IMG/VR virus record: IMGVR_UViG_3300033069_000976
Location: 29,013-93,012 of that record
Direction: 5' to 3' (one strand)
Origin: a virus
Lineage: Duplodnaviria; Heunggongvirae; Uroviricota; Caudoviricetes; Crassvirales
DNA: 64,000 bases
The notes beneath the pieces were generated by a model. That model searched no databases. It was given only the letters and a program-made list of their open reading frames with translations, and was not told where the DNA came from. Positions 31,096 to 41,459 of the stretch are shown in pieces. Positions within the stretch are counted from its first letter, which is position 1, and every line of letters starts with the position of its first letter. The translations under genes were made by a program, and so were the position numbers.

Positions 31096-32283
31096 TTATT
31101 TTATATTAGCCCAAGCAGAATTATCTACTTGTTTTTTAGTATTGGATTGTTTTGCGTCTTTAATTGCCAGCTTTGAAAATAACTCTGAAGATTTTCCTGT
31201 TATGGCTGTTTTCTTTATAGAACTAAAATCAAAATCATTTAAGGCAAGTAGTGCCATTTTAACTCTTTTGGAAAGATTCTCAGGATTCTTAGTTTCCAGA
31301 ACAAATTTATCCCAATCTGTTAAAAGCTCACCAGAAGGTAATTTCCATTTTTTAGTATAAAGATAATCAAAAGCTTGAGTGGCTTTTTTATTATCTAATG
31401 GAATACCATCAAAATCTTTAGTTTTTAACTTATCTTGTAAAAGAGTTGTTAGATGCTGTTTGTATTCCTGATCAGCTTGAGCTACAGCAAGCTGCTTGTT
31501 CTTAGCAGTTTCATTAAGTTCCTCAAGCTTTTTCTGCTCTTGTAAAACTAATTTAGGATGAACTCTTTTTGCTTCATCTTCTAAATCAGCATATTGTTTT
31601 AGTTTTTCAACTTTAGAATCTACTTCATCTTTCTCCCATCCCATTTTTGTATAATAGGATCTTACGACTGACTCCTGATTGTCTTCTGTATCTAAATCAA
31701 GATTTTGAAAATTCTCTACCTCATTATATACAGGTAGATATTCTTGTGGGTTTGCACCATTGATAAAGATAGCATCAAATAATTCTCTCCTATCATCGCC
31801 ATGTTTAGATAAGAAATTCTCTAACCACTCTGTTGCTCCCTTTTGTTTCTGAGCATTGAATAACTCAAGAAACTCTTCAGGTGTTTTTGCTATAACAGGT
31901 TCTTCTCCATCATCAGTAGTGAATGAACCAAGTTTGTAAAGTTCTTCAGAGAATACCTCAAAGTGATTTAATTCTCCTTTTGGTTCTTCCCCGTCTTCTT
32001 TAATTATCTTTTCTTCTTCCTCTTCTTCTTCTTTTTCTTCAGATAGTAAAGTATTAATAAGTTCTTCCTTATCAACTTCTTTCTCTTCTTCCTTCTTTTT
32101 AGGAACTTCCTTCTTTACTTCTTTTTTAGGAGCTGTAATTACCCCTTCCTCTTCTTCTTCAATTTTTTCTATTTCTTTAGGGTCACCTGATAAAAATGCT
32201 TCAGCAGCATCCAGATTACCATAGTTACCTGAAGATTCAATCCCTAAATCAAAGGATGGAACTGGTATAGTTTCGTCAGCCAT
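31096..32283 (-). CDS. Candidate scaffolding protein (395 aa; highly acidic, E/K-rich, coiled-coil-like)
   Basis: EEEEEEEK runs and overall composition; position between the portal-proximal gene and the capsid candidate. Confidence 0.45.
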   Translation of the reverse strand: MADETIPVPSFDLGIESSGNYGNLDAAEAFLSGDPKEIEKIEEEEEGVITAPKKEVKKEVPKKKEEEKEVDKEELINTLLSEEKEEEEEEEKIIKEDGEEPKGELNHFEVFSEELYKLGSFTTDDGEEPVIAKTPEEFLELFNAQKQKGATEWLENFLSKHGDDRRELFDAIFINGANPQEYLPVYNEVENFQNLDLDTEDNQESVVRSYYTKMGWEKDEVDSKVEKLKQYADLEDEAKRVHPKLVLQEQKKLEELNETAKNKQLAVAQADQEYKQHLTTLLQDKLKTKDFDGIPLDNKKATQAFDYLYTKKWKLPSGELLTDWDKFVLETKNPENLSKRVKMALLALNDFDFSSIKKTAITGKSSELFSKLAIKDAKQSNTKKQVDNSAWANIK

Positions 32284-32381
32284 ATGTAGTTTTTTGTTAA
32301 ATCTGATGTAAAAGTAAAACGTATATTTGGAAAAACCAAGAGACTTTTATATATTTCAAAAGTTTTTCGACTTATATAGCA

Positions 32382-32921
32382 TTAAAATATTTTCTCCCTC
32401 TCTGTGAACAATTTATAAGGTCTAACCTCTACTTTATCTTTAAATTTAAGGTCTAAAATCCTGACACCCATATCTTCAAAGTAAGGGGCTATTTTTCTCT
32501 GTACAGCATTCTTAGTAGTCTTCTTTTTTATATCTGTCCATATAATATCTTCAAGATGGTCTGATAATTCTGCTGCACCGAGTTGTAACATATTAGACCT
32601 GCTATCATTATTTTCCACAAGGAATTTTCTAATATCCTCAATCTCATAATGGATTATCATTCCTATTGATACTGGTTTACCATCTGCTGTAGTAATTGTA
32701 ATAGGTGGTATTTCCATAGTATCTGGTTTAACATGGTCTGTCATGGCATAATCTGCTACCATCCATTTCCAATATGTACCAGGTTTCAATGTTCTATGGT
32801 ATTTTCCCCATCTTAGTATTATAGCTTCCTCATAACCATTAACTACAACCCAAGGTTTTATGTAGTCTGCAAATCTATCTATTGTACTGGCAAGCCATTG
32901 TCCAAATTCAGAGATTCCCAT
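32382..32921 (-). CDS. Hypothetical head-morphogenesis protein (179 aa)
   Basis: ORF between the portal and the scaffold candidate; no protease motif recognised. Confidence 0.35.
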   Translation of the reverse strand: MGISEFGQWLASTIDRFADYIKPWVVVNGYEEAIILRWGKYHRTLKPGTYWKWMVADYAMTDHVKPDTMEIPPITITTADGKPVSIGMIIHYEIEDIRKFLVENNDSRSNMLQLGAAELSDHLEDIIWTDIKKKTTKNAVQRKIAPYFEDMGVRILDLKFKDKVEVRPYKLFTEREKIF

Positions 32922-32923
32922 AA

Positions 32924-35524
32924 TTATTTCTTTTTAGCAGCAGGTTTCTTGGCTTTAGCAGCTTTTAGTTGATTGTTTGAAATAGCAAGGTCATTTTTCA
33001 TATTCTCCCTCTCCACTTTTCTATCTTCAGCTTTTTGCTTATTGTCATTCATCATCTTCTGCATCTCCAGAGAAACCTTCTTATTTTCAATATCCCTCTT
33101 TGTAAGTATCTCCTGATTCTTTGCAGCTAAATTAGCAATCTCCATAATATCTGGAGAACCATCACCATCTGTATCAGTAGAAGGAGCTTGGAAATAAGTT
33201 TTTATCTGTGCCTCTGTTATCTTCGTATTAGCATTAAGGTCTGCTACATATTTCTTCATTTCCATATCTTGTTGGAAATGGGCTTCTTCTTGCTCCAGAG
33301 TAACTGCAACTCTATTATTCTCAGACTCTATCTTAGATTGTTCAAGCTGCATTTCCTGCTTCTTCATTTCCTCTTGCTTATCTCTGAGGTCTTTGAATAT
33401 CTTCTGCATCTGCCTAAGTGAGTTAGTACTGTATAGTACACTTACATCATAGATAGAAGCACCATTCTGCATCATAGCCTGAGATAACTGCCTGAACTCA
33501 TTCAGTAATTGTTGGTCTTCAGATCTGGAAGTAGCAAATATCTTTAAGTCCTTGAGTTTCAAGTCTTTACCTAAAACTTTAATAAAGGCTTGCTCACCAA
33601 GATTGGTGATGTAAGATATAGTACTTTCTTCTTTATTACTTTCTATATATTGAGCAGCATCAAGTACAGCCTGATATAACTGGTCTACTACATAATTATG
33701 TGCTGCAAAATATGGTTCTGTTTGGGCAAAGGATTGAACAAGAGCATTCTGGTTAGCTGTAGCTGTTTCTGTAGCTAAAGCTCCACCAAGTCTTTGTCTG
33801 TTCATACCAATAAGTTCCCAGCACTCACTTTTTAGTTGAGCAGCCAATCTATATCTTGATTCTATCTCTGAAGTCCTTGTTAAATCCAGTCTACCATATT
33901 GACTACCAAAAGATGTTCCACCTTTAGTATTCTCAGGAGAATCATCTACAAAGATAACCCCTCTTTTTCTCGCAGCTTCTTCCCATATTTCCAAGGCATC
34001 TTGACCATCCCCATCTTTAGGAGTTGGAATATGTCTGATAGACATAGCTTGTACAACACCTTTTTCTTTCTCTAGTAATTCATAGAGTTGGTTCATACAA
34101 ACATTGTACAATACCTGGAATGGTTTCATTAAGTCAACCAGGGATTTAGCAGTTGTATTCTTTAGTTCATGAGTTACCCCTATAATTGGGGAGTAATCCA
34201 ACAGTTTAAAAGGTTTCATAAAGAATATATCTGGACCAATCTTTGTACCCTTATACCATTGATTTATCCATCCCCATTGAATATCTATTTCATTAGGGCT
34301 ACCCTCTTTATAGTTCTCATCAACAAGCATTTGTTGAGGTTCTCCTTCTTCATCAATATAGGTAAGTAAACCTGTTTTCTTTTTAGATAAATGATAAGAC
34401 TGTACTACAGTATATTTATAACCAAAGGAAGCGGTAGTATTTGTTAAACCTAACCAGTCCCTTAATTCATCATTATTCTCTTTCATCTCAGACTCAATCA
34501 TCATTCTTTCCTGAAGAACAAGTCTGTTATATGTATCATATATGATACTATCTGGACCAACTTTACCAGAGTAAAGATTTGATTCCCTAACATTTATAAG
34601 ACCATAATCCTGATGGGCTTTTCTAAGATGCTCTATTTCTTCTAAGGATAATTCAGGGAATTTTTCTATAATCTCAGAAATTTCCATTACCTGAACAGTT
34701 CCATTAGCATATGGAACATTCTGCTCACCAGATACTCCTGAAGTATATTTAGCATCAGGTGTTCCTAATTGCCAATAATTCTTAGGATTAACTACCTCTA
34801 TATTAAATCCAGTTTTTGAGTTATCCTCAAATATATGAAAGTACTCTCTGGAAGATATGAGTAAATCCCTGAAAGCATCTTCTGATTTTTCTTTACAATT
34901 AAACTGTACCTTTAAAGCAGTTAAGACATGGTTACCCCATTTCTCCCCTTCAGTAGTAAAGGTATTCATATATTCCTGTACCTTCTCAATAGAAAGCTGT
35001 ACAAACTCTTCTTGGGGAATACTACTAACATCTTCCCCTCTCATCGCTAACTCATTCATTAACAGTTTCTTACCCTCCTGGATAATAAGCTGTTGCATAA
35101 TACCAGTCTTGAATTGTAGCTCTTCATCCTTAGAATCATCATCAAAAGCTCTTACTTTATGCAAGTCAGGTCTTTTAGATAATTCCCCTATCATTGTATT
35201 AACAGGAGGATTCAGTATTGGATAATGCTTTACATATTGTGGAAGCTCTGTATTAGCCATTAGTACTTCTGTAAAAGATTGTACTTCAGGCTGTTGCTGA
35301 TAAAAGTCTGTATAATCAATTATACCTTTCATCAGGTCATAGTTCTTCACAAATGTCCTCCTATGCTTTTTATATTGGGCATAGGCTACATTAGCAAAGT
35401 AATCCATTGTGTTCTTTATCCAAGATGGATCTTCTTTCTCCTTATCAGTTTTAAACTGGTCAGGGAATATATTTAAATAGGCGAACCTTACATTTTCTTC
35501 TTTGGTTACACGGGTAATAATCAT
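32924..35524 (-). CDS. Portal protein candidate (866 aa)
   Basis: Size and position immediately downstream of, and overlapping, the large terminase. The basic C-terminal tail is KAKKPAAKKK. Confidence 0.55.
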   Translation of the reverse strand: MIITRVTKEENVRFAYLNIFPDQFKTDKEKEDPSWIKNTMDYFANVAYAQYKKHRRTFVKNYDLMKGIIDYTDFYQQQPEVQSFTEVLMANTELPQYVKHYPILNPPVNTMIGELSKRPDLHKVRAFDDDSKDEELQFKTGIMQQLIIQEGKKLLMNELAMRGEDVSSIPQEEFVQLSIEKVQEYMNTFTTEGEKWGNHVLTALKVQFNCKEKSEDAFRDLLISSREYFHIFEDNSKTGFNIEVVNPKNYWQLGTPDAKYTSGVSGEQNVPYANGTVQVMEISEIIEKFPELSLEEIEHLRKAHQDYGLINVRESNLYSGKVGPDSIIYDTYNRLVLQERMMIESEMKENNDELRDWLGLTNTTASFGYKYTVVQSYHLSKKKTGLLTYIDEEGEPQQMLVDENYKEGSPNEIDIQWGWINQWYKGTKIGPDIFFMKPFKLLDYSPIIGVTHELKNTTAKSLVDLMKPFQVLYNVCMNQLYELLEKEKGVVQAMSIRHIPTPKDGDGQDALEIWEEAARKRGVIFVDDSPENTKGGTSFGSQYGRLDLTRTSEIESRYRLAAQLKSECWELIGMNRQRLGGALATETATANQNALVQSFAQTEPYFAAHNYVVDQLYQAVLDAAQYIESNKEESTISYITNLGEQAFIKVLGKDLKLKDLKIFATSRSEDQQLLNEFRQLSQAMMQNGASIYDVSVLYSTNSLRQMQKIFKDLRDKQEEMKKQEMQLEQSKIESENNRVAVTLEQEEAHFQQDMEMKKYVADLNANTKITEAQIKTYFQAPSTDTDGDGSPDIMEIANLAAKNQEILTKRDIENKKVSLEMQKMMNDNKQKAEDRKVERENMKNDLAISNNQLKAAKAKKPAAKKK

Positions 35525-38500
35525 CCGAATATTTTTAATTGTTTCTTTCCTGTAAAATTTGTTGATCCAGTAAAGATTTTTGAATTTCCTTTAATTGGGT
35601 TTTTAGCATAATAAGATTGCATTCTTGGGTCAGTTTTGTCACTCCCTACTGCACCTATAACAGGGTCTAATTTATAAGCCAAAGCAACTGCTAATTCAGC
35701 AGCAATTACCCTATCTGTATTTACTTTATGCTTAGGGTCTTTAGAGAATTTAGTAATTTCTTCCAGAAGCATTGGGTCAGGTATTCTTGATACACCTGTA
35801 GTTTCTTTTATAATACTTCCATTTTCATCTTTCTCTATATCTATTATTTCATCCAGGTAGGATTTGAATGTACCATCCAGAAAATTTCTAATTGCGGTAG
35901 CAGACCTATGTATTCCTTTCTTTCTCTTTACAGTAGTATTTGGTACATATTCTTTTAACCATTCTGGCTGGTCTTCTAAATAATGCCCATCATTTCTGGC
36001 AATCATAAAGTCAATAAAAGACATCTCATCATTCTCACACAGGGTTCTGGCATTATAATACTTAATCAGATTCCTGGCATTCTCATTCCATTTCTCTTTA
36101 CTCTGTGGTCTTGCAGCATAGCAAGCTACAAACATATTCTGATATTTCTCTGAAGAAATACCATGCATTCTTTTATAAATATAAACTACTCCAAGTGAAT
36201 CTGAGTATTCTGCTTCACCCTGTCTGTAAGGGTCAACCCCAGCTACATACAATCCAAAAGGAGGGTGTTCCACGGGAAACTCCCATATCTGAATAGGAGC
36301 ATCAGTATCTTGAGTCTTAACAGGAAACTCAGTTATAAATGGTTTATCAGAGAATTCATGTACTATTTTTTCTCCGTTATGGAATATCTTAACAGGTGTC
36401 CCTGTTACACCTAAATCTCTTAACCTTGTTTGTTGAGCTTTAGCAGCCTCTACATTAAAATCATTATGTGTTAAAACCAAGAAGCTATCTGAAGGTTTCA
36501 GGGGCCAGTAGGCTTTAAACTTCAGAATTGTTTTTGAGTTACCTGATTTAACAGCTTTATCATACTCTGGTTCCCACCACTCTCTTAAGGCTCTTTCTTC
36601 ATTAGAAACCAGTATAGTTATATTTTGTAAATCTGGATGGTCTATACCAAGATATTCAGCCAGAGTCTTTGGTTCCTTATAAGCCATTTTAGCTCTGGTA
36701 GCAGCTATAAATCTTCCTATCTTTCCACCACCTTCCCATTCATTCTCAAACTCAAGCATGTTATAGGAATACGGATGGTAGAAAACTTCCGCTGCTTCAG
36801 CACCAACTTCCATATCACCACCAGTTCCACATAACATAACCAAACAAGATGGTTTATTACCTCCACCAGACCACCAGCAACCATCACTATCTTTTATACA
36901 ACCAATAAGATTAGGTAGAGTACCAATCTCATCAATAAGGTGAAAAGAAGGTCTAGTACCATTAGCAGCCATAGTATCAGTACCAGCCTGATAGTTCCTG
37001 ACAAGTATTTTTGAATTGGAAGATTTTGGATTTGGTAAGTTAGATGATTTATCTTTCCAACCAGCTTTAATCTCTTTCTTCCAGTCCGATACAAGTCTTT
37101 GCTTTTTAAATATTGGGTGAATATTAAGCAACCCATCTTCTATCTTATCCGTAGCTAGTTTGATATAATTAGCTGCTCCACCAGATATTACACACTCACT
37201 ATTACTATAAAATGTATATTGATGTCCAGCACAAGATCCTGCAATAACTGAATTATGTGTTACTGTATATCCATCAGTTAAAAAACATTTTGACTTATTA
37301 TCTACTGTAATACAAGTTGCCTGTTCTTTACCAAAATACTCTATATTTACTATAGATGTCTTATCCCCTCTATACTTACCTATATTATTTAACTTTCTTG
37401 GCAGTTTGAATATTGGCTTATCTGTCATAAGATTAAACCTATATTTATCTTTAGCTAAAGTTACTACACCTTTATTTTTATAACTATTTTTTGTCTTTTT
37501 GATAGTTACCTGAATACCTAAACTTCTTACTAATCTATAAAAACCATTTGCAATATTTACATCTGTTGTACAAAATTCTATTACTCCATTTTTCCCACAA
37601 CAACCATCTGTATCCATTATTCCTCTTAATAATTCCATTCTTTGCTCTACAGAGGAATAAAAATAACAATTAGGTATATGTTTATTATTTATTAAATCTA
37701 GCTCTTGAAATTTAGATAAGAGAGAATTTCTTAGTCCACCTTTCATTCCATTACTTATATTATAAGAAATACCATGTTTCCTTACTTGTAAATTATTTTC
37801 TTCTGCATATGTATATACAAAATCTGAAATTTCTTTATCTATTGTAGTTATTCCTAAAGTTCTTTTATTACCATCTCCTAACCATAATCCTAAAAAATAA
37901 GGATTTATTGGTAAATAATTCTCAGAATATTCAACAGGTTTATTATTTGGTATAAAATACCTATATGCCAAACCTTTACTATTTTTATAAGATTTTTTCC
38001 TATTTATCAGGTAGTCAGTTTTTATAGAAGAAAGATTTTTATCCTCATATTTACGGGATGAACTATTCCAAACTCTCCATATATGATTATCACAAGAATA
38101 TAAAACCCTTCCATCTCTTAGGGTAATTTTATATAAGTCTATTAATCCTTGTGGGTAAACCCCAGTAATAGTTGTTAATTTACCATCATCCCCAAATATC
38201 TTATCACCTATTTTAGCATTACCAATTAATATTTCTCCATTATTTGTATATAGAGTGGCTGTATTTATAAGTGCTTTACCAAAGTCCCTGCTACCTACTA
38301 ATGGATAGAATTTACCTTCTTCATTACATCTTTCCAGGTCATTAAATATGTCCCAATCTATATCCCTTAATAAAGGTGTTTCAATTTTCCTTACCTTTTT
38401 CTTATTAGGTAATTCTACATACATTGCAATCTTCCAATAGACCGTATGAAAATACAGTCTGCCGGGAACATGAACTGCCCCATCAGCCAAGTAAAACCCA

Positions 38501-38619
38501 TTCATACACCTGTCTTTCTCTTTTTTCCAGTATTCTATATAAGTCTCCTTATCTGCTGGATTATCAGTTAGTATAGGTTCTACCTGGTCTTTAAACCAGA
38601 TATTTGTAGTTGTTTGCAT
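35521..38619 (-). CDS. terL: Terminase large subunit interrupted by an in-frame intein (1032 aa precursor)
   Basis: Walker A, VGSRDFGK|…|SVIAG, is split by the intein. The C-terminal nuclease-like region has acidic motifs. Gene order terL-portal follows. Confidence 0.7.
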   Translation of the reverse strand: MQTTTNIWFKDQVEPILTDNPADKETYIEYWKKEKDRCMNGFYLADGAVHVPGRLYFHTVYWKIAMYVELPNKKKVRKIETPLLRDIDWDIFNDLERCNEEGKFYPLVGSRDFGKALINTATLYTNNGEILIGNAKIGDKIFGDDGKLTTITGVYPQGLIDLYKITLRDGRVLYSCDNHIWRVWNSSSRKYEDKNLSSIKTDYLINRKKSYKNSKGLAYRYFIPNNKPVEYSENYLPINPYFLGLWLGDGNKRTLGITTIDKEISDFVYTYAEENNLQVRKHGISYNISNGMKGGLRNSLLSKFQELDLINNKHIPNCYFYSSVEQRMELLRGIMDTDGCCGKNGVIEFCTTDVNIANGFYRLVRSLGIQVTIKKTKNSYKNKGVVTLAKDKYRFNLMTDKPIFKLPRKLNNIGKYRGDKTSIVNIEYFGKEQATCITVDNKSKCFLTDGYTVTHNSVIAGSCAGHQYTFYSNSECVISGGAANYIKLATDKIEDGLLNIHPIFKKQRLVSDWKKEIKAGWKDKSSNLPNPKSSNSKILVRNYQAGTDTMAANGTRPSFHLIDEIGTLPNLIGCIKDSDGCWWSGGGNKPSCLVMLCGTGGDMEVGAEAAEVFYHPYSYNMLEFENEWEGGGKIGRFIAATRAKMAYKEPKTLAEYLGIDHPDLQNITILVSNEERALREWWEPEYDKAVKSGNSKTILKFKAYWPLKPSDSFLVLTHNDFNVEAAKAQQTRLRDLGVTGTPVKIFHNGEKIVHEFSDKPFITEFPVKTQDTDAPIQIWEFPVEHPPFGLYVAGVDPYRQGEAEYSDSLGVVYIYKRMHGISSEKYQNMFVACYAARPQSKEKWNENARNLIKYYNARTLCENDEMSFIDFMIARNDGHYLEDQPEWLKEYVPNTTVKRKKGIHRSATAIRNFLDGTFKSYLDEIIDIEKDENGSIIKETTGVSRIPDPMLLEEITKFSKDPKHKVNTDRVIAAELAVALAYKLDPVIGAVGSDKTDPRMQSYYAKNPIKGNSKIFTGSTNFTGKKQLKIFG
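37252..38274 (-). mobile_element. Intein (about 341 aa) with a LAGLIDADG homing-endonuclease domain, inserted in the terminase P-loop between GK and S
   Basis: Block A after Ala1 (ALINTATLYTNNGEILIGNAKIGDKIFGDDG); block B SCDNHIW; LAGLIDADG motifs YFLGLWLGDGN and LLRGIMDTDGC; blocks F/G …CFLTDGYTVTHN followed by Ser+1. Confidence 0.7.
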
Positions 38620-38940
38620 TTATATAAGTCCCTCTTCAAATGGGGATACATCTTTATCTCCCCTTGATGCAATTTTTTTAGCCTCTTCTTTCTCCCTCAT
38701 TATCTCAACCTCTTTCAACAGGGCAAGATAGTTCTTCATGGTTTCCTGGATAAACTTACCCTGAGCTTCTATTGAAGCTATTACCATTGGTAACATACCC
38801 CCTTTAGAAGTGGGTTTCCATTCTATTCTATCTTTTAACTCGTGTAATGGGTTATTATCTACATAAGCTTTCCAACTAAGTAATTGACCTTCAGCCCATT
38901 CTAATTCTGCCTCTGTAAATACACTCTTTTTAGTAGCCAT
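38620..38940 (-). CDS. Hypothetical protein (106 aa), possibly a small terminase-associated protein
   Basis: ORF immediately upstream of terL on the same strand. Confidence 0.35.
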   Translation of the reverse strand: MATKKSVFTEAELEWAEGQLLSWKAYVDNNPLHELKDRIEWKPTSKGGMLPMVIASIEAQGKFIQETMKNYLALLKEVEIMREKEEAKKIASRGDKDVSPFEEGLI

Positions 38941-39215
38941 TAATCTTCCTCCTCTTCATTTAAATACCCATCTTCAAATACATGTTTACCATCTTCCTCT
39001 ATCTCATTGACAAATTTATCAAAAGCTTCTTTAGGCTCAGGTGGTAATATAGACTTATAAGATTTTAACAAGATAAAAAGTTCTTTATCTGATAAAGTCC
39101 ATATATCACCATAATCCATAGTAGCTGTTGCTATATGTTTAGCAATAGAATAGCCAGGATACTCCTTATGTAGTTGTTCTAAAAGAGTTAGAACTTTTTT
39201 AAAATCTGTTCTCAT
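38940..39215 (-). CDS. Hypothetical protein (91 aa)
   Basis: ORF. Confidence 0.4.
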   Translation of the reverse strand: MRTDFKKVLTLLEQLHKEYPGYSIAKHIATATMDYGDIWTLSDKELFILLKSYKSILPPEPKEAFDKFVNEIEEDGKHVFEDGYLNEEEED

Positions 39216-39216
39216 C

Positions 39217-39402
39217 CTATTTAGTTATAATCTTCCCAGTCAACTCAACGACTTTTGGTTGGATTTTATTCAGTAATTTCATTATGTTGGTATTACATAA
39301 AGTTTTTATCTCTTCAGACACACCTTCTGTACCAACTATAGTCCCATAAAATCTTATCATTTCTGCAACTTCAAAATCTACTATTGCTTCTATTTGTCCC
39401 AT
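39217..39402 (-). CDS. Hypothetical protein (61 aa)
   Basis: ORF. Confidence 0.3.
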   Translation of the reverse strand: MGQIEAIVDFEVAEMIRFYGTIVGTEGVSEEIKTLCNTNIMKLLNKIQPKVVELTGKIITK

Positions 39403-39543
39403 TATACTACTATTTCGTTTATATTAAATTCATTATCAAAATCTATTTTTTCTTCTTCTTCAATAGGATTAAACCTTATCTTATTCTCTTTCTCATTAAT
39501 CTCTATATTTACAAACTTAGTTTTTACTTTATCAAGTGCTTTC

Positions 39544-39912
39544 TTAAGTTCCATCAGGTTTACTTTCTTTAACATAGGATGTCCATTTTATCTCCTGTTT
39601 ATTATCAGGATGTGATCTGTTATAAATATCAGCTCCGCAGGAACTACTTAATGAAGCTGTCTTTGTCTTTATGGGACAGGAACAAAGTGTACAAAATTCC
39701 TCTATCCTGGAGAATTTTTTACCAGACAACAATTCTGCATTCTTAGACATAAACGGGCAACCAGCACAAATAGTTCTTCTCTGCATGATTATCTCTTTCT
39801 CATCTTCAGGAAGATTCTCATGATTTAGTTCATTCCAGATACCCTCCATTACCTGCTTTGGATTTTTTAATCCCCTCTTAGCCATTTCAAAATACTCAGA
39901 TAGTAAACTCAT
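39544..39912 (-). CDS. Cys-rich (putative zinc-binding) protein (122 aa)
   Basis: CAGCPF…CTLCSCP cysteine clusters. Confidence 0.4.
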   Translation of the reverse strand: MSLLSEYFEMAKRGLKNPKQVMEGIWNELNHENLPEDEKEIIMQRRTICAGCPFMSKNAELLSGKKFSRIEEFCTLCSCPIKTKTASLSSSCGADIYNRSHPDNKQEIKWTSYVKESKPDGT

Positions 39913-40190
39913 TTTACTCTTTTATTTAAATTATCAACTAAAGTAGTTAATGTTTCTAATTTCTCTGGATTATCTTTAACCCTTTCAATACCTTTTGAAA
40001 TACCATTTATGTACTTCTTTAGTTTATTTTGAGAAAGATAAATTTTTCCAAATCCAGAGAATTCCAACTCATCATGTATCTTGACAGCTTTTAAAGCATC
40101 CTCTCCTTGAAAAGCTACCACTTTAAAAACAGTATCTTCAGAAAGTTCCATAGCTGTAGCTACTTGTTTAATAAGTACTTCCTTATTCAT
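39909..40190 (-). CDS. Hypothetical protein (93 aa)
   Basis: ORF with 4-nt overlaps. Confidence 0.4.
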   Translation of the reverse strand: MNKEVLIKQVATAMELSEDTVFKVVAFQGEDALKAVKIHDELEFSGFGKIYLSQNKLKKYINGISKGIERVKDNPEKLETLTTLVDNLNKRVK

Positions 40191-40530
40191 GTCCCATATT
40201 TAGTTGTAACAATATACCGTCTTTAATATTAAACAGTAGCTGTGGACTGACCACTATTCTTCTGTTGTCCTTTGTTAAATAACCTTGTTTAACTAACTTA
40301 GTTACGGTTTTCCTCACTGACTTATAAGTACTTTTATATACATCTATAAAATCATTCCTTTGGTCTCCCCTAGCTATATTTCCTTTTATAGCTGTATAGG
40401 CTAGTATTCTTATCTCTAATGGACTTAACTTAAAGTTGTTCAGTACATCTAGTATACTATAGAACTTTACAGCCAGTTCAAACTCATCTTTAAACTTTTT
40501 CCTTATCTTTATAGCTACAAAATTAGTCAT
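40183..40530 (-). CDS. Hypothetical protein (115 aa)
   Basis: ORF preceded on its strand by the CTTAAATAGCATTA box. Confidence 0.4.
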   Translation of the reverse strand: MTNFVAIKIRKKFKDEFELAVKFYSILDVLNNFKLSPLEIRILAYTAIKGNIARGDQRNDFIDVYKSTYKSVRKTVTKLVKQGYLTKDNRRIVVSPQLLFNIKDGILLQLNMGHE

Positions 40531-40561
40531 ATTTAGTTAATAACAAAGTGGTTTTTTAAAA

Positions 40562-40924
40562 TTAATTTGATTTAATGCTATTTAAGTTAGAATTTTTTAC
40601 AAACTCAGCTAATTTGGCTTCAAAAGCATCCAATCTTTCCTCAAATTTCTTAAAGTCCCATGAACATAGTATATCTCCATGACTCTTGGTAAAGACTAAA
40701 GTACACTGAAAGCCTTTAGAGAATACATCTTCAAAAGCAGTCTCTGGCGGATACATTTCCTGCCACCCCTCTATTTCACTATATGGTAGCTTTATCCAAC
40801 TGTCTATAGTTGGAATATCCAAACTCCTACTATCTGATAACTGTGCTTCTTTTTCTTTTAGGTCAGCAAGATAAGCATCTGTAACCCTTACTGGAAATTT
40901 AAAAAACCTTTCTGAATATTTCAT
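40562..40924 (-). CDS. Hypothetical protein (120 aa)
   Basis: ORF. Confidence 0.4.
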   Translation of the reverse strand: MKYSERFFKFPVRVTDAYLADLKEKEAQLSDSRSLDIPTIDSWIKLPYSEIEGWQEMYPPETAFEDVFSKGFQCTLVFTKSHGDILCSWDFKKFEERLDAFEAKLAEFVKNSNLNSIKSN

Positions 40925-40925
40925 A

Positions 40926-41459
40926 TTATTGTTTTATACCATAGAAATACAAGTCCTTTGTATTCTGGTTTGTTGAAAATTTAAATTCTGTGAATGAGTT
41001 GTCAAAGCCTGGAATCTGCCTTACATCATATTCAGTCAGGTTCATATAATAGTCACTGAACTGGATATGAGTAAAGGGGGAGTCCTGTGGTGTGGTTCTG
41101 GTTGTACCATGTTCCTGTCTACCAGTTGTAGCACAAGTAAACATAAACAATCCCCCTGACTTAGTTAAATCTATACAGTTCTGTATAGTTTCTTTCCAGT
41201 ACATATCATGTTCAAAACACTCTGTTGAGATTACAATATCATACTGTTTACCAGGTTTAAACTCATGTCCCTTAGATACCACATCCACATTCTTTCCTGC
41301 CCCTATATCAACTCCTGTATAAGTACAGTTTGAGAACAAGTATCTATTATTACCATTTATATCCAAAGAGCCAATATCCAATACATCTGCATTAACAAAT
41401 TTCTGTGGAAATTTATTCTTAACTGAATTACAAAAAACTGCTTGTTCTGGGTGTGCCAT
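40926..41459 (-). CDS. Class I SAM-dependent methyltransferase (177 aa)
   Basis: VLDIGSLDINGN (motif I), GVDIGAG, DIVISTECFEH, GGLFMFTCA. Confidence 0.55.
   Translation of the reverse strand: MAHPEQAVFCNSVKNKFPQKFVNADVLDIGSLDINGNNRYLFSNCTYTGVDIGAGKNVDVVSKGHEFKPGKQYDIVISTECFEHDMYWKETIQNCIDLTKSGGLFMFTCATTGRQEHGTTRTTPQDSPFTHIQFSDYYMNLTEYDVRQIPGFDNSFTEFKFSTNQNTKDLYFYGIKQ

Noticed and set aside
32382-32921. Prohead protease assignment for the 179-aa ORF between portal and scaffold
   Set aside because: Position is suggestive, but no S78/U9-type His/Ser or herpes-like protease motifs were recognisable. Left as hypothetical.
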